Below, piece by piece: positions 55,201-64,000 of a DNA stretch of 64,000 bases (the stretch's first letter is position 1; the number at the start of each line of letters is the position of its first letter). A program made the translations under genes and the position numbers. Origin of the DNA: a virus. The DNA is taken from IMG/VR virus record IMGVR_UViG_3300036846_001209, positions 8,715 to 72,714 of that record; one strand, given 5' to 3'. The notes under the pieces are model-generated. The model was not told the DNA's origin and did not search any database. It was given only the letters and a program-made list of their open reading frames with translations.

Positions 55201-56455
55201 TGGTGCCGCGCTTGCTGGCGAACAGCAGATCGAGCCCGTCGCCGTTCACGATCAGCATCTGGTTGAGGTACATCACCCCGCGCGGACAGAAGCCGGGGAC
55301 GTTGCGCTGATAGCTGTAGTCGCTCGTGTTCCATATCGGGCCGCCGACGCCGGTCATGGTGGTGAGCGGGACGTTCTGCTTGACGCCAAGATAGAAGTCG
55401 GCGTGGGCGTTGGGGCCGCCGCCGGGCGGACCATCGATCTGCGGGCCGATCACGGTGCCGGGCAACACGCCCGTGAAGGGGTTACCGGGCGGCGGCGGGA
55501 CGAGCGGGCTGATGATCTCGTCGCCGGCCTGCAGCAGCGGCCCGGTGAAGCCGAGGCCGTTCGAGGTCAGGATGACGCCTACAACGTAGCCGTCGAAGGT
55601 GGTGCCCTTGTTGGTCGTGAAGCCGTTGATGCTGCCGGTATTGTGTTTCTGGCCGACCCAGTAGACGTTCGGGTCGGGGTCGAGCGCGGTGACGATGGTC
55701 CCAGGCGCGACGCCGGCGCCGCTGATCACTTGGTTGACCCCGAGGAACCCGGGGCCGGTCAGCCATTGGCTGACATGAACCCGCCCATCGTTCAGCATGG
55801 CGCCGACGAAGGTCGACGGCGGCACTGAGCGCTCGGCCGCGCAGGCGTATATCCACTCCTGCAGGGCGACGAAGTCCCAGTAGGTGCCGACCGGATAAGG
55901 CTGCGCGATCTGCACGCTGCCGGGCCCACCACCGTAGCCGTCGTCGGCGAGGCCCACCCACTGCGGGTTCGCGGCTTGGTCGGCCGCGGTAATCTGCGCC
56001 GGCCCCGAGCCCAGCGTGGTCGGATTGCCGAGGGTGTCGGGCGGCCCCGAGTAAAACCACGCGGCGTTGATGCGCTCGTCGTAGACGCGCCACCAGAACT
56101 GGCCGCTGGCGTCCCTGATCCGGGTGCCGCCGTTGTCGGGCAAGCTCGCCGGGCCGCGCACGAAGATGCCGCCCTTGTAGATGTCATCGAGCAGGATCGA
56201 GGTGACCGAGGGATCGAAGCTGACCGAGCGCAGGGTGGCGTAGTCAGAGATCGAGGGCATGCCGCTGCCGCCGCCGACGATGGGCGGCAGTTTCACCAGG
56301 GCGGCCACGGCGCTGAGCGTGGTGCGCCGGTCGACCCCGGCTTGGTTGATCCAGAGTTGCTCGGGTCCAGCGACGGCGATCGCCGGCGGCAGGTTGGGGA
56401 TGGTCTGAACCGGCAGGCCGGGGACGGTGGTGGTCTGAACCGGGTCACCCATCAC
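52217..56455 (-). CDS. tailspike / receptor-binding protein with beta-helix-like core and tandem repeats
   Basis: 1412 aa; DNGGT.I.DASG..W.R head motif; repeated FTG...LTVTA..SG.L..GQ...GG.G.Y units. Confidence 0.8.
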   Translation of the reverse strand: MMGDPVQTTTVPGLPVQTIPNLPPAIAVAGPEQLWINQAGVDRRTTLSAVAALVKLPPIVGGGSGMPSISDYATLRSVSFDPSVTSILLDDIYKGGIFVRGPASLPDNGGTRIRDASGQFWWRVYDERINAAWFYSGPPDTLGNPTTLGSGPAQITAADQAANPQWVGLADDGYGGGPGSVQIAQPYPVGTYWDFVALQEWIYACAAERSVPPSTFVGAMLNDGRVHVSQWLTGPGFLGVNQVISGAGVAPGTIVTALDPDPNVYWVGQKHNTGSINGFTTNKGTTFDGYVVGVILTSNGLGFTGPLLQAGDEIISPLVPPPPGNPFTGVLPGTVIGPQIDGPPGGGPNAHADFYLGVKQNVPLTTMTGVGGPIWNTSDYSYQRNVPGFCPRGVMYLNQMLIVNGDGLDLLFASKRGTTLIWKGNATATTNVGPAVKFNTLAFSTVKSLAVADSSLGGVSNYLVSLSHTPGAPGLNVENNTLHDWSISGNYATSKCGVAVSPEGGAAQGDTQLFFGCWVQGCDDGFTFGGANAIAGTFFGGQTQACPRYGVGAFGGSFSAYTMLTENETLSQVYYQVPMRSQVHLGGADFYAAQVATESCVVIGCRSEASVGMIDTSHQSSVTNWTTGGYYPGWSPNMHWTPQTLLAVNNPAVGSANALDNYTTVMLADDGGPPWILSDASTTTTVISFTPSPGWTPNQWAGCGVWILAPGVWQASNPCTIQSNTANTLTVTPGFLRAGANWYKIFRASAGAPPNWGAVTHFGQFQRNASGWGTTIAKGFNLLQSAQPLNAGDWVMLPSQGIFPDGSGIAMALAGKVQNQHPGASGWYLQSSGTTANIFGAPTNPILLGASVSGFNFLVAQTSGAAGAVGQYTLAFSQAIGADFTGSISGALLTVTAVASGVLAVGQYLGGAGLPTTPPAQIAAEGAGFTGYVDDGSAGGVTPGSILTVTAVAAGSVRPGSPLTGGKVNAGSVILSQISGPPGGAGTYNVSGSAQLSGHCAFTGSMNTSQQLNVTAITSGALVPGQLIQGAGVPANIILGAQLSGATGGIGLYNYSAAVTVASEAMTAAWPLSGGGLAAAFTATVDDGHGAVGAVLTVTAMASGVLGVGQTVNVPVTGGPAGLTAQATIVPSLTSTGTGGVGTYALSGLGNLLVASQTMSANTTGGVGVYVINQTLGAIPSEEMQAGVASITQPLWEIVDNYGNPQNAATYAIDGFGYWSAGIADGGLTHMVIDFDVFWGVGALDQCQLGGYGKVGLISRMDNPYAVPGGIQGQGIRPGEGAPGSFSYKSGAQYTQPPRFGVTAASTPFTIGITYLGQSNVYCTVSANNTVLGLVPLGAGLIVDIDLFLTPGSTIAGGMIVQWDPTTVKAPTPTINIGQGGQQTVVRLKWVGNASAAAPGGHWWVMSTGGPM

Positions 56456-57363
56456 TGCACGCCCTTCTTCACCTGCGTCTGCGGCAGCCCATCCTGCGGC
56501 AGCGCCGCGTGCGAGCGCGGCAGGCCGACCTGGGCAGTGACGATGGTGGTCTCGGGACCGAGAATCGAGCCGGCCTCGACCGGCGAGTAGCAGCCGTAGG
56601 CGAAGACGGTGGCGGTCACCGGGATGACGCTGAACATGCCGTCGGCAAGCGGGTTCTCGGAGCCCTGCACGGCGATCTGCTGGTTGAGCGCCAGCCCGTG
56701 CGGCGCGCGACAGCTGACCCGGATCAGCGGCGTACCGTCGGCGATGATCGAGCTCACCGGCAGCGGCACGCCGTAGTGGACCGGCACACCATCGGTCTGG
56801 GCCAGGGGCATGACGGCCTCCAGGGCGTAGCCGGGCGGGCGCCCGGTGGGCGTCGGACCCATTAGCACGGCACCCGTCTGCTGCGGAGCGGCCCAGGAGA
56901 GAGGTGGGACCAGCACCATCTGCGCGCCGTCGGTGGTCCCCATCGGCGTCGCATGGTCGACCTCGGCCATGCCAACGAACGTCTCCGCGGGCAGCGTGGT
57001 GAGTCCGGTGGTCGCCATCGGGATGCTAGGCGACTGCGGTAGGCCGGTGATCGGATCGACTGCGCCCGTCGGGACGGCGAGGCCCATCACCGTCGTCGAG
57101 GCGGCGTCGAAGTCCTCGGGCAGCGGTAGTTGGATCGGCACCGGGTCGGCGGGCAGCACGAACGCGCGCTCCTGCTCGTTGGGTACATCCATGCAGCGGT
57201 CGCAGACGAACACCCAAATCGGCAGCAGCGCCGCGCCGCGCCAGGCGTACTGGTTGTGGAGGTTGACGCGGTTGAACCAGAAGCCGCAGCGCTGGCAGAC
57301 GCCGAACGCCTCGGGGCTGGAGGCGTGGGTGCGAGCTCGGCCGGACCTCGAGGCGTACGCCAT
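56452..57363 (-). CDS. structural-operon protein with CxxC...CxxC site
   Basis: AFGVCQRCGF...VCDRCMD.P..Q...ADPVPI. Confidence 0.7.
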   Translation of the reverse strand: MAYASRSGRARTHASSPEAFGVCQRCGFWFNRVNLHNQYAWRGAALLPIWVFVCDRCMDVPNEQERAFVLPADPVPIQLPLPEDFDAASTTVMGLAVPTGAVDPITGLPQSPSIPMATTGLTTLPAETFVGMAEVDHATPMGTTDGAQMVLVPPLSWAAPQQTGAVLMGPTPTGRPPGYALEAVMPLAQTDGVPVHYGVPLPVSSIIADGTPLIRVSCRAPHGLALNQQIAVQGSENPLADGMFSVIPVTATVFAYGCYSPVEAGSILGPETTIVTAQVGLPRSHAALPQDGLPQTQVKKGVQ

Positions 57364-58064
57364 CAGGCCCTCCAGTAGGGCGCCACCATCGGCGAGATGT
57401 AGTACGCCGCCTGCTCGGTGTTGCGGTTGGCGGCGATTTCGAAGGCCTCGTCGGCGAGCGTCTTCAGGCCGCCAGCCATCGCCGGGTTCCAGATCTGGGC
57501 CAGCCGCTGGGCGAGCCCCGTCGCATAGGCCTCGAGAAAGTAGAACGGGATCTCGGGCGTCGCGCCGCCGGCGAGCACCGCGTCCTGAATCTGCCGCACC
57601 CGGTAGTAGCTGACGGTCGGGTAGTTGCCGTCCGGCGTCATGTAGAAGGTCACCTGCGGGGCGAGCAGTTGGTCGTACCAGAAGACGGTGACCGCGCCGC
57701 GCTGCGCCTTGTTCGAATAGCTGGCGTACTCCGTGCGGCTCACCGGCAGGATGATGCGATCGCGGGCGGCGGCGCCCGAGGCGCGGCTGGCGTAGGCGTC
57801 GAGGATGGCGATGGTGTTGGCTGGCACCGAGTAGGTGGCGTTGCCGGGGATCAGGGTGATGGTCTGGAGATCGACGGCCCAGAGGTTGATCCCCACCGCG
57901 CTCCAGCGGCTGTTGATCATGTTGGCCGCGATCCGGGCGCTTTCCATGTGCGACTGGGTGAGCGCGGTGGGGCGCACCCCGGCCATGTGGAAGGCGTAGA
58001 GGGTCAGTTCGCCGACCGTCGGTGCGAAGTTGAAGGTGCCAGAGGTCTGCAGCGGGTTGCCCAT
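57363..58064 (-). CDS. head-tail connector / tail tubular A-like protein
   Basis: TSGTFNF...SAR...WS..GINLW...SRTEY...NK...G. Confidence 0.7.
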   Translation of the reverse strand: MGNPLQTSGTFNFAPTVGELTLYAFHMAGVRPTALTQSHMESARIAANMINSRWSAVGINLWAVDLQTITLIPGNATYSVPANTIAILDAYASRASGAAARDRIILPVSRTEYASYSNKAQRGAVTVFWYDQLLAPQVTFYMTPDGNYPTVSYYRVRQIQDAVLAGGATPEIPFYFLEAYATGLAQRLAQIWNPAMAGGLKTLADEAFEIAANRNTEQAAYYISPMVAPYWRA

Positions 58065-58068
58065 CAGG

Positions 58069-59877
58069 TCATGCCGCGAGGTAGGTGACGTTGATCGAGA
58101 TCGCGTAGGCGGTCGCGCCGGTCGGGAAGTGGGTGGTGGTGAGGGATTGGACCGGGCTAGCAGCGTTCGACTGATTTAAGAAGACGGCTGCAACGCCGCC
58201 GCTGATGCCTACGCTGGCGCTGAGACTGCCGGTCCAGCCAGTGGCGCGGGAGACTTGGACCACGCCGAGCGGCGCGAGGCCGGGAGTTAGCGCCAGTGGC
58301 AGACCCGGTAGTGGTACGACGAGAGCGCCGGCCGAGGTCGTGTAGGTCAGCGTGAAGCCGAGGTTGACCTCCACATGCGTCAGTTTGCCGTTCGCGCTCC
58401 AAGACCCCCTCTGGATCGTGTAGGCCACCGCGAGGTCGCCGACCGTGGTGCCGAAGGTGACGGTGGGCGTGAAGGCGGTCGGCGGGATGATGTCGGTCAG
58501 ATTGGCGGTCGTCAGCGCCGGCATGTCGGACACGTCGAGCTTGCGGAAGGCGGGCGCCGCAGACGCACCCACCGGGCTCGCCCAGAAGCGGTTCTGGTTG
58601 ACCGCAGGCCACACCGGCAACTGCGCGAAGGTGGCGATCTGCGCTTGGTCGATGGTAAGCGCCGTCGTCAGGGCCGCGCCCACGCCCACCGGGCGCGTTT
58701 GGAAGAGCAAGTTGCCTGAGACGTTGTTTGCCCCGGTGAAAGTCTGTGCCTGCCCGAGGATGCGGCTGACCACTTGGATGGCCGCGCCGTCCCAGGCGTC
58801 GTAGTTCACTTGTCCAGCGCTGTCGCCGCTCACTACGGCGGCGGGGGCGGCGTAACTCCCCCGGTACTTCACGAACGAGAAGACCGGCGGGGTGGTGTCG
58901 GAGGAGTACCGCGTGTCGAGGAAGTTGGCCGTCTGCCCATCGCCGATGAGGTAGACGTTGGCTGGCGCGGTGTTGTTGTAGATAGCTGCGTTCGCCCCAG
59001 CGGGCGGGGTGAACGTCGGGCCGACCTTGAGGCTGGGTCCAGTGATCGGTCCTGCCGCGCTCACCGGCCCATAGAAGGTGGCGCTCTGGTCCGCGTTGAG
59101 GGTGAGGGCGGTGGCGATGGCGGCGCCCGCGCCGGTCGGGCGCGTCCGAAAGACGAACGCGCCGCCGACGTTGCCCGGCGAGACGATGCCCACGGCTTCG
59201 CACGCGAAGTCGCCGATGTAGGAGAACGCGCTGCCGTCCCAACCCTGGTAGGCGTTGTAGCCAACCCAGTTGCCAGCAACGACCGGCGTCGGCGCGGTCG
59301 GCGTGCCGCCAGCGTAGGAGTAGGTGGCGTTGGGGAGTACGCCGTAGCCGGTCGCCGCGAAACTCCGACCCGCCGCATCGCCGATGTTGGGCGTCACCAG
59401 TTGCGGCGAGGTCGCCAGCGCCACCGCGCCCGAGCCCGTCGTCCCGTTGGAGAGGTCGGCCGCCGCCGGTTGCGCGGCCAGGAACTGCCCCGTCGTGTCG
59501 AGCCCGATGAGGAAGGTGTGCGGCTGCGGCACGAACGAGAAGACGCCGCCGCGCACCACCTGGGTGGGTGGCCCGATGGTGCCGCCGAAGCCGCCGGGCG
59601 GCGTGCCGGCGAGGTCGGTCCACTGCGGCTGCGCGGTGATCGGCACACCATCCGTGCCGATGCCGTTGACGAAGCGCTGCGGGGCGGGCGCGAGCGACAC
59701 GATACCGCCCAGCGTGCTGATGGTCGGCGGCGGCAGCGGCGACGCCCCATCGATCTGGGCCAGCGTGGCGCGCCGATCCTGGCCGTTCTGGTTGATCCAG
59801 ACCTGATCGGAGGGGCTGACGCTGGCAGCCGGGTCGAGGTCGGGGATGGACTTGAGGGGGAGGGAGCCGTCGGCCAT
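58069..59877 (-). CDS. tail fibre protein
   Basis: Start MADGSLP after AGGAGG; N-terminus similar to the tailspike N-terminus; duplicated WDG...F.TRP.G.GAA..TALT unit. Confidence 0.75.
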   Translation of the reverse strand: MADGSLPLKSIPDLDPAASVSPSDQVWINQNGQDRRATLAQIDGASPLPPPTISTLGGIVSLAPAPQRFVNGIGTDGVPITAQPQWTDLAGTPPGGFGGTIGPPTQVVRGGVFSFVPQPHTFLIGLDTTGQFLAAQPAAADLSNGTTGSGAVALATSPQLVTPNIGDAAGRSFAATGYGVLPNATYSYAGGTPTAPTPVVAGNWVGYNAYQGWDGSAFSYIGDFACEAVGIVSPGNVGGAFVFRTRPTGAGAAIATALTLNADQSATFYGPVSAAGPITGPSLKVGPTFTPPAGANAAIYNNTAPANVYLIGDGQTANFLDTRYSSDTTPPVFSFVKYRGSYAAPAAVVSGDSAGQVNYDAWDGAAIQVVSRILGQAQTFTGANNVSGNLLFQTRPVGVGAALTTALTIDQAQIATFAQLPVWPAVNQNRFWASPVGASAAPAFRKLDVSDMPALTTANLTDIIPPTAFTPTVTFGTTVGDLAVAYTIQRGSWSANGKLTHVEVNLGFTLTYTTSAGALVVPLPGLPLALTPGLAPLGVVQVSRATGWTGSLSASVGISGGVAAVFLNQSNAASPVQSLTTTHFPTGATAYAISINVTYLAA

Positions 59878-59887
59878 CAGGGCCTCC

Positions 59888-60739
59888 TTATCGGCCGAGG
59901 TTCCCCGGCTGGATGAAGGTAGCCAGAACCGAGCCAGCACCCGAGTTCAGCAGCACCCGCGCCCAGAGCGGCGTGTAGGGCCAGGACCCCGAGAGGCTGG
60001 TGGTGGCGCCGACGAAGGTGGCGTCGGTGTCGTTCGTCCAGCCCATCGCCCCAGGCGCGACGGCGCCCGTCAGCGGATCGTCGTAGCTCACCTGCACGGT
60101 GTAGTTCGCGACACCGTTGACGAGGCACTGCTTGGAGATCGCCCCGCCGCTCGCGTAGGGATCGAACATCACCCACGGCGTCGTTCCCGTCGCCGTGGCG
60201 GCCTGGGCGGTGGCGACGAGCGGCGCGCTGCAGGTGATCTGGGTGATGGTGGCGAAGTTCTGCGAGGTGGTGACCGCCGCGCCCGTGCTGACCAGCGTCT
60301 CGCTGATCTGGTTGCCCGCCGCGTCGGTCCCACTGACCGTGAAGCTGTTGGTCCCGGCGGCCTCAGTGTTGGCGATCTGCACCTGCCGCGGCGCATCGAG
60401 CGTGACGACTTGGTTGCCGCGGATGGATGGCACCGGCGACACCGTCTGCGTCGGGTAGACGATCCACGTTCCCGGCGTCGGACCCGGACCCAACACCCGA
60501 GTGTTGGGCGCAAGCCCGGTGGTGTTCAGCCGCATCCCGGCGGCTATCGCGCCCGAGGTCGTCGAGGAGATGCTCAGCACGCCGTTGGTGATGGTGCCAA
60601 CGCCCACCCAGGCGGCGTTATTGGAGCCGCCAGTCGGGACGAGGTTCAGGCTGAAGGTGCCGACCGAGCCGATCGGGATCGGCGCGCCTATGCTCGACAC
60701 GGCGGCGAGCGGCCCGACGCTGACGGTGATCGGCCGCAT
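59888..60739 (-). CDS. virion structural protein
   Basis: MRPITVSVG...FTVSGTD..GN.ISET...NYTVQ.S.DDP. Confidence 0.7.
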   Translation of the reverse strand: MRPITVSVGPLAAVSSIGAPIPIGSVGTFSLNLVPTGGSNNAAWVGVGTITNGVLSISSTTSGAIAAGMRLNTTGLAPNTRVLGPGPTPGTWIVYPTQTVSPVPSIRGNQVVTLDAPRQVQIANTEAAGTNSFTVSGTDAAGNQISETLVSTGAAVTTSQNFATITQITCSAPLVATAQAATATGTTPWVMFDPYASGGAISKQCLVNGVANYTVQVSYDDPLTGAVAPGAMGWTNDTDATFVGATTSLSGSWPYTPLWARVLLNSGAGSVLATFIQPGNLGR

Positions 60740-60752
60740 GGGGCCCTCCCGC

Positions 60753-60953
60753 CTAGTCGCCGCTCATCGTGTGGCGGCCGGACGGCTTCGTGCCGGACTT
60801 CGCCGAGGAGAACGGACGCGAGTCGGCGCCGACGCCGCCGCCACCCTTGCGCGGAGAGCGCCCGCCATTGGCGCGGGCATGTTCGCCCTTGATCTTGTCT
60901 TCCTCGTCCTCGTGCTCGGCGCGCCCGCCGTGGCGCCTGCGGATACCCTTCAT
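60753..60953 (-). CDS. small basic RxxGG-motif protein
   Basis: RRHGGR, RANGGR, RKGGG, PFSSA. Confidence 0.6.
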   Translation of the reverse strand: MKGIRRRHGGRAEHEDEEDKIKGEHARANGGRSPRKGGGGVGADSRPFSSAKSGTKPSGRHTMSGD

Positions 60954-60978
60954 CTGACCCTTGCCTCTTGGTTATGGT

Positions 60979-61524
60979 CTAGCTCGTCGGCGCGTTGAGC
61001 CCCTGGATGTACTCCACGATCGCCAGCATGACGCCAGCGCCGGTGTTGGTCGAGGTGAACACCAACTGCTCGTCGATCTGGCCGCAGTTGATCCAGTTGG
61101 TCAGTTGCGGGGCGGCGGCAGTGCTGATCAGTTCGGTGGCCGGTGCGGTCATGGCGCCGGCCGGGGTGAACGCGATCGGGTTGACGGTGTTGCCGATGCC
61201 AAACGTCACGGCCGCGCCGGTGAAGGCGACCAGCACGATGGAGGCGATCGAGAGGATCATCGACTGCGCCGGGATGACGAGGTCGGGCGACACGAAGACG
61301 CCGGCCGGCTGACCCGGCGAAGCTGCCTGGGTGACGCGCCCCACCTGCACCATCTTGGCGAAGCCGACGTTGCTGAGCCCGCCCGCCATCGCGCCGGCGC
61401 CAGCGAGGTTGGCCGAGCCGTCAGAGCGCTGGATGTTGCCGGCCAGCAGCGGGCCGGAGTCGAGCACGCCGGGCAGAGCCGGGTTGAAGGCCGACTGGAT
61501 TAGCTGACCACCGCGGACGTTCAT
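60979..61524 (-). CDS. virion structural protein
   Basis: Follows capsid gene; IPAQSMILSI...EYIQ. Confidence 0.7.
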   Translation of the reverse strand: MNVRGGQLIQSAFNPALPGVLDSGPLLAGNIQRSDGSANLAGAGAMAGGLSNVGFAKMVQVGRVTQAASPGQPAGVFVSPDLVIPAQSMILSIASIVLVAFTGAAVTFGIGNTVNPIAFTPAGAMTAPATELISTAAAPQLTNWINCGQIDEQLVFTSTNTGAGVMLAIVEYIQGLNAPTS

Positions 61525-61536
61525 GGAGAGTACTCC

Positions 61537-62451
61537 CTAAGACGTCGGGTAGCTCGCCCAGCCAGCCCGCGGGTTGTAGTAAGCAAACGAATAGCGTTCG
61601 TAAGCTTTGACCAGCAGGTTGTCAGTAATAAAGTCGACCTGCATGTCTGTTTCGAACGCGATACGGGTCATGTAGCTCAACCCGTCAATATTCGTCAGCA
61701 GGAACCACGCGAACGGCGAGGTGAGGAAGTCCATCACCATGTAGCCCTCGGGCAGACCGCCCGAGGTCGAGTGGATGGCGTTGACGTCGTTGTCGGCGGT
61801 TCCCGGCCTGAGCTCGGTCTTGATCAGACGCACCATGACCGGCTCGAGTTGAGGCGGTCCGATCAGCTTGCGGGCGCGCGAGAACATGCGCAGCCCGGCC
61901 TGGTCCCTGAAGCCCGTGCGGACGTTGATCATGCCCGCCAGCAGCGAGGCCTCGTTGAGGTCGGCCGGGGTGGAGGCGATGTTGCTGTAGACCCCGCCGT
62001 CGATCGGGTGGTTCGGCGCGAAGAGCGCAACACCGTCGCCGCCGATGGTCGGGTCGTAGACCTGGCCGGTGTTCAGAATATTCGCGCCGTAGAGTTCCTT
62101 GGTTTGCTGGTAACTCTCGACCAGGCCAAGGTTAGATGGATGGAACTGGCTGCGATACAGGTTGTCGTCGATGCTCTTGCGAGTCATCGCGTAGCCCAGC
62201 CCGATCTCCCTGTGTTCCTGATTGAAGGTGAAGCGCTCGCCGGCGGCGTTGTCGAACTGCGTCTGGCCGCCCTCGGTCTTCAGTTGGGCGAGGCCGAGGT
62301 AGCGCATCTCGACGGTGCGCTCGAGCGCCATCTTCGAAGTGTGCCGGGTGAAGACCTTGTCCCACTGGGACGGGATCTGTTCGTACTTGCCCTCGATGCC
62401 GCGCAGGCCCGGAAAGAGCAGCGACTTGATTGCCGCTAGATTGACAGCCAT
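61537..62451 (-). CDS. major capsid protein (Mu gpT-like)
   Basis: L.PGL...G.Y, KTEG, DDNLY, QTKE..GANILN, GGDGVALF..HP, GTADNDVN, YERYSF...NPR. Confidence 0.9.
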   Translation of the reverse strand: MAVNLAAIKSLLFPGLRGIEGKYEQIPSQWDKVFTRHTSKMALERTVEMRYLGLAQLKTEGGQTQFDNAAGERFTFNQEHREIGLGYAMTRKSIDDNLYRSQFHPSNLGLVESYQQTKELYGANILNTGQVYDPTIGGDGVALFAPNHPIDGGVYSNIASTPADLNEASLLAGMINVRTGFRDQAGLRMFSRARKLIGPPQLEPVMVRLIKTELRPGTADNDVNAIHSTSGGLPEGYMVMDFLTSPFAWFLLTNIDGLSYMTRIAFETDMQVDFITDNLLVKAYERYSFAYYNPRAGWASYPTS

Positions 62452-62460
62452 CGCGCGCCC

Positions 62461-63078
62461 CTATGCCTGAGCCGTCAGAGACTTCGTCTCGACGTTGTTG
62501 AAGCCGACGACCGCCCAGTTGTAGGCGCCAGCCTGGGTGCCAGGCCCGGCAGGGGGATCGCTGATGAGGCTGATCACCCGGAAGGGGAGGGTGGCGGTTA
62601 CGGCGCGCGCCACTCCCATGTCGATGAAGGCGCCCGAGCGCCCGTTGGCGGGGTTGCCGGTCCCGTAGCCGAACTGGGCGTTCATGCCGACGTCGGCCTG
62701 CACGAAGCCGACGGAGGCGGAGTTGCCAGCCTGCACCCGGAAGCGCGCCAGCGGGCTGTTGATCACCCAGCAGCGCACCGGCACGGCGGTGTTGACGTCG
62801 GCGGCGGGCCAGTAGCTCGACCAGACCATCCGCTGGATGGCGACCGACATGTACTGGCAGCCCTGGAAGATCCCGGCGAGGATCGCGGCCCCCGGACCTG
62901 GCCCGGTGGTGGCGCCCGCGACGGTGCCGTCGGCCAGCCGGAACACCGGATCGCCCTTGAAGATCGGCGCCGTGGTGGGCGCGATCAGTTCCTGAATCTG
63001 TTCGTAGGTGGGTGAGGCGCCAAGGCCCGACACCTCTTCAAATCCGAACGGCGCATTGACGTTTGGCACGGAAGACAT
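62461..63078 (-). CDS. capsid decoration/cement-like protein
   Basis: NVNAPFGF...IFKGDPV...GIFQGCQY; directly upstream of MCP. Confidence 0.7.
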   Translation of the reverse strand: MSSVPNVNAPFGFEEVSGLGASPTYEQIQELIAPTTAPIFKGDPVFRLADGTVAGATTGPGPGAAILAGIFQGCQYMSVAIQRMVWSSYWPAADVNTAVPVRCWVINSPLARFRVQAGNSASVGFVQADVGMNAQFGYGTGNPANGRSGAFIDMGVARAVTATLPFRVISLISDPPAGPGTQAGAYNWAVVGFNNVETKSLTAQA

Positions 63079-63178
63079 CCCCCTTTTCAGGGTGGAGTCG
63101 TTCCGAGCGCCGGGCTGGTGCGGACTCTAGGGTTGTCTCGACACCCCTCCCCGGGGGGGCGTGTTTAGGACGCGGAAC

Positions 63179-63947
63179 CTACGGCTGCACTTCGGGCGCT
63201 GTCAATCCAGGCTCCTTGCCGAGCATCAGGTCGGCGTAGCAGTGCATCACCTCGATCGCGAGCTCGACCTCACGCTCGGAGTACCACTGCGGGCAGAGCA
63301 CCTCCTTCAGGCGCTCCTCGGAGGCCAGCACGGTCACCGCCGTCGCCTCGCTGACCTTGATCCAACTGACCGCGCGCCGCATCCCGGCGAGCAGCGCCTC
63401 CTGGCTCCTGAACGTCGCCAGCACGTGGATATCGCTGTCGCTCACCCCCAGTACCTCACCCGCTTCACCGCCTCGTCCATCATCTCGGCCCACTCGCGGT
63501 CGAAGTAGAACGCCTCGCCTTCCTGCTTCAGCGGGGCCAGCCCGTCCGCCTTCGGCGCGTTCTTCTTGGCCTCGGCATGCTGCGCCTTGAGCCCGCGGGA
63601 GATCACCGAGCGCAGGAAGTCGGTGCGCGGTTGCGAGCCGCGCATGCGCTCGATCACCGCGAACACCTCGTCGAACACCTTGGCGCGGACCTCTTTCACG
63701 ACTTGCCGATGCGCTCCCGCAGCGTCTGCGCCTGCAGGTCGAGGGCGCGCTTCTGCTGCTCGGTCGGATAGCCGGGCGGAACCTGGGTGCGCTTGTCCTC
63801 CATCGCCCGCTGGGCGGCCTCGTTGAGAGCGCCGCCGAGGTCGTAGCGGCGCGTCAGCCGCTCGGTCTGCAGGCGCACCTCGGCGTCGTGGTAGCCGATG
63901 TTGGCGCGCACCTCGCGCGGGATCGCCTTCAGTTCGACGCCGATCAA
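63179..63947 (-). other. three small hypothetical ORFs (approx. 63179-63445, 63442-63699, 63696-63947 or further upstream)
   Basis: Coupled GTGA overlaps, GC3 bias. Confidence 0.5.
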
Positions 63948-64000
63948 CTTGGCGGCGCGTGGTCCGTCCCTGACCGGCGGCGGATCGAGATGCCTATCGT

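Noticed and set aside
1-64000. Integrase, att site, tRNA, CRISPR array, reverse transcriptase/DGR, canonical endolysin, portal
   Set aside because: No supporting motifs seen by eye; portal and lysis genes probably lie outside the window.

Overview
Most of the genome of a very GC-rich tailed dsDNA phage. It has a podovirus-like gene set: Mu-gpT-type major capsid, tail tubular/adaptor proteins and large ejection proteins, with no tape measure or sheath seen. An alphaproteobacterial host is a guess from promoter style and gene families. Layout: terL, a DNA-modification block and terS on the minus strand (0.4-8.6 kb); a non-coding control region (8.65-9.2 kb); early genes including a TGT-fold/QueD-like pair and an atypical C5-MTase (9.2-16.5 kb, +); primase-VirE replication block (16.5-21.3 kb, -); RecE/RecT recombination block (21.4-30.5 kb, +); an accessory island with a candidate sRNA and secreted proteins (30.7-36 kb); and the virion operon (36-63 kb, -). 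No portal, integrase, tRNA or CRISPR array was seen. Best leads: (1) a probable injected polyvalent protein with a glycosylase-like domain followed by a nested out-of-frame gene with its own internal promoter; (2) a C5-methyltransferase with an array of TRD-like modules and an overprinted second gene; (3) a minimal TGT-like plus QueD-like cassette; (4) a free-standing structured sRNA. All family assignments come from motif recognition by eye; no searches were run.
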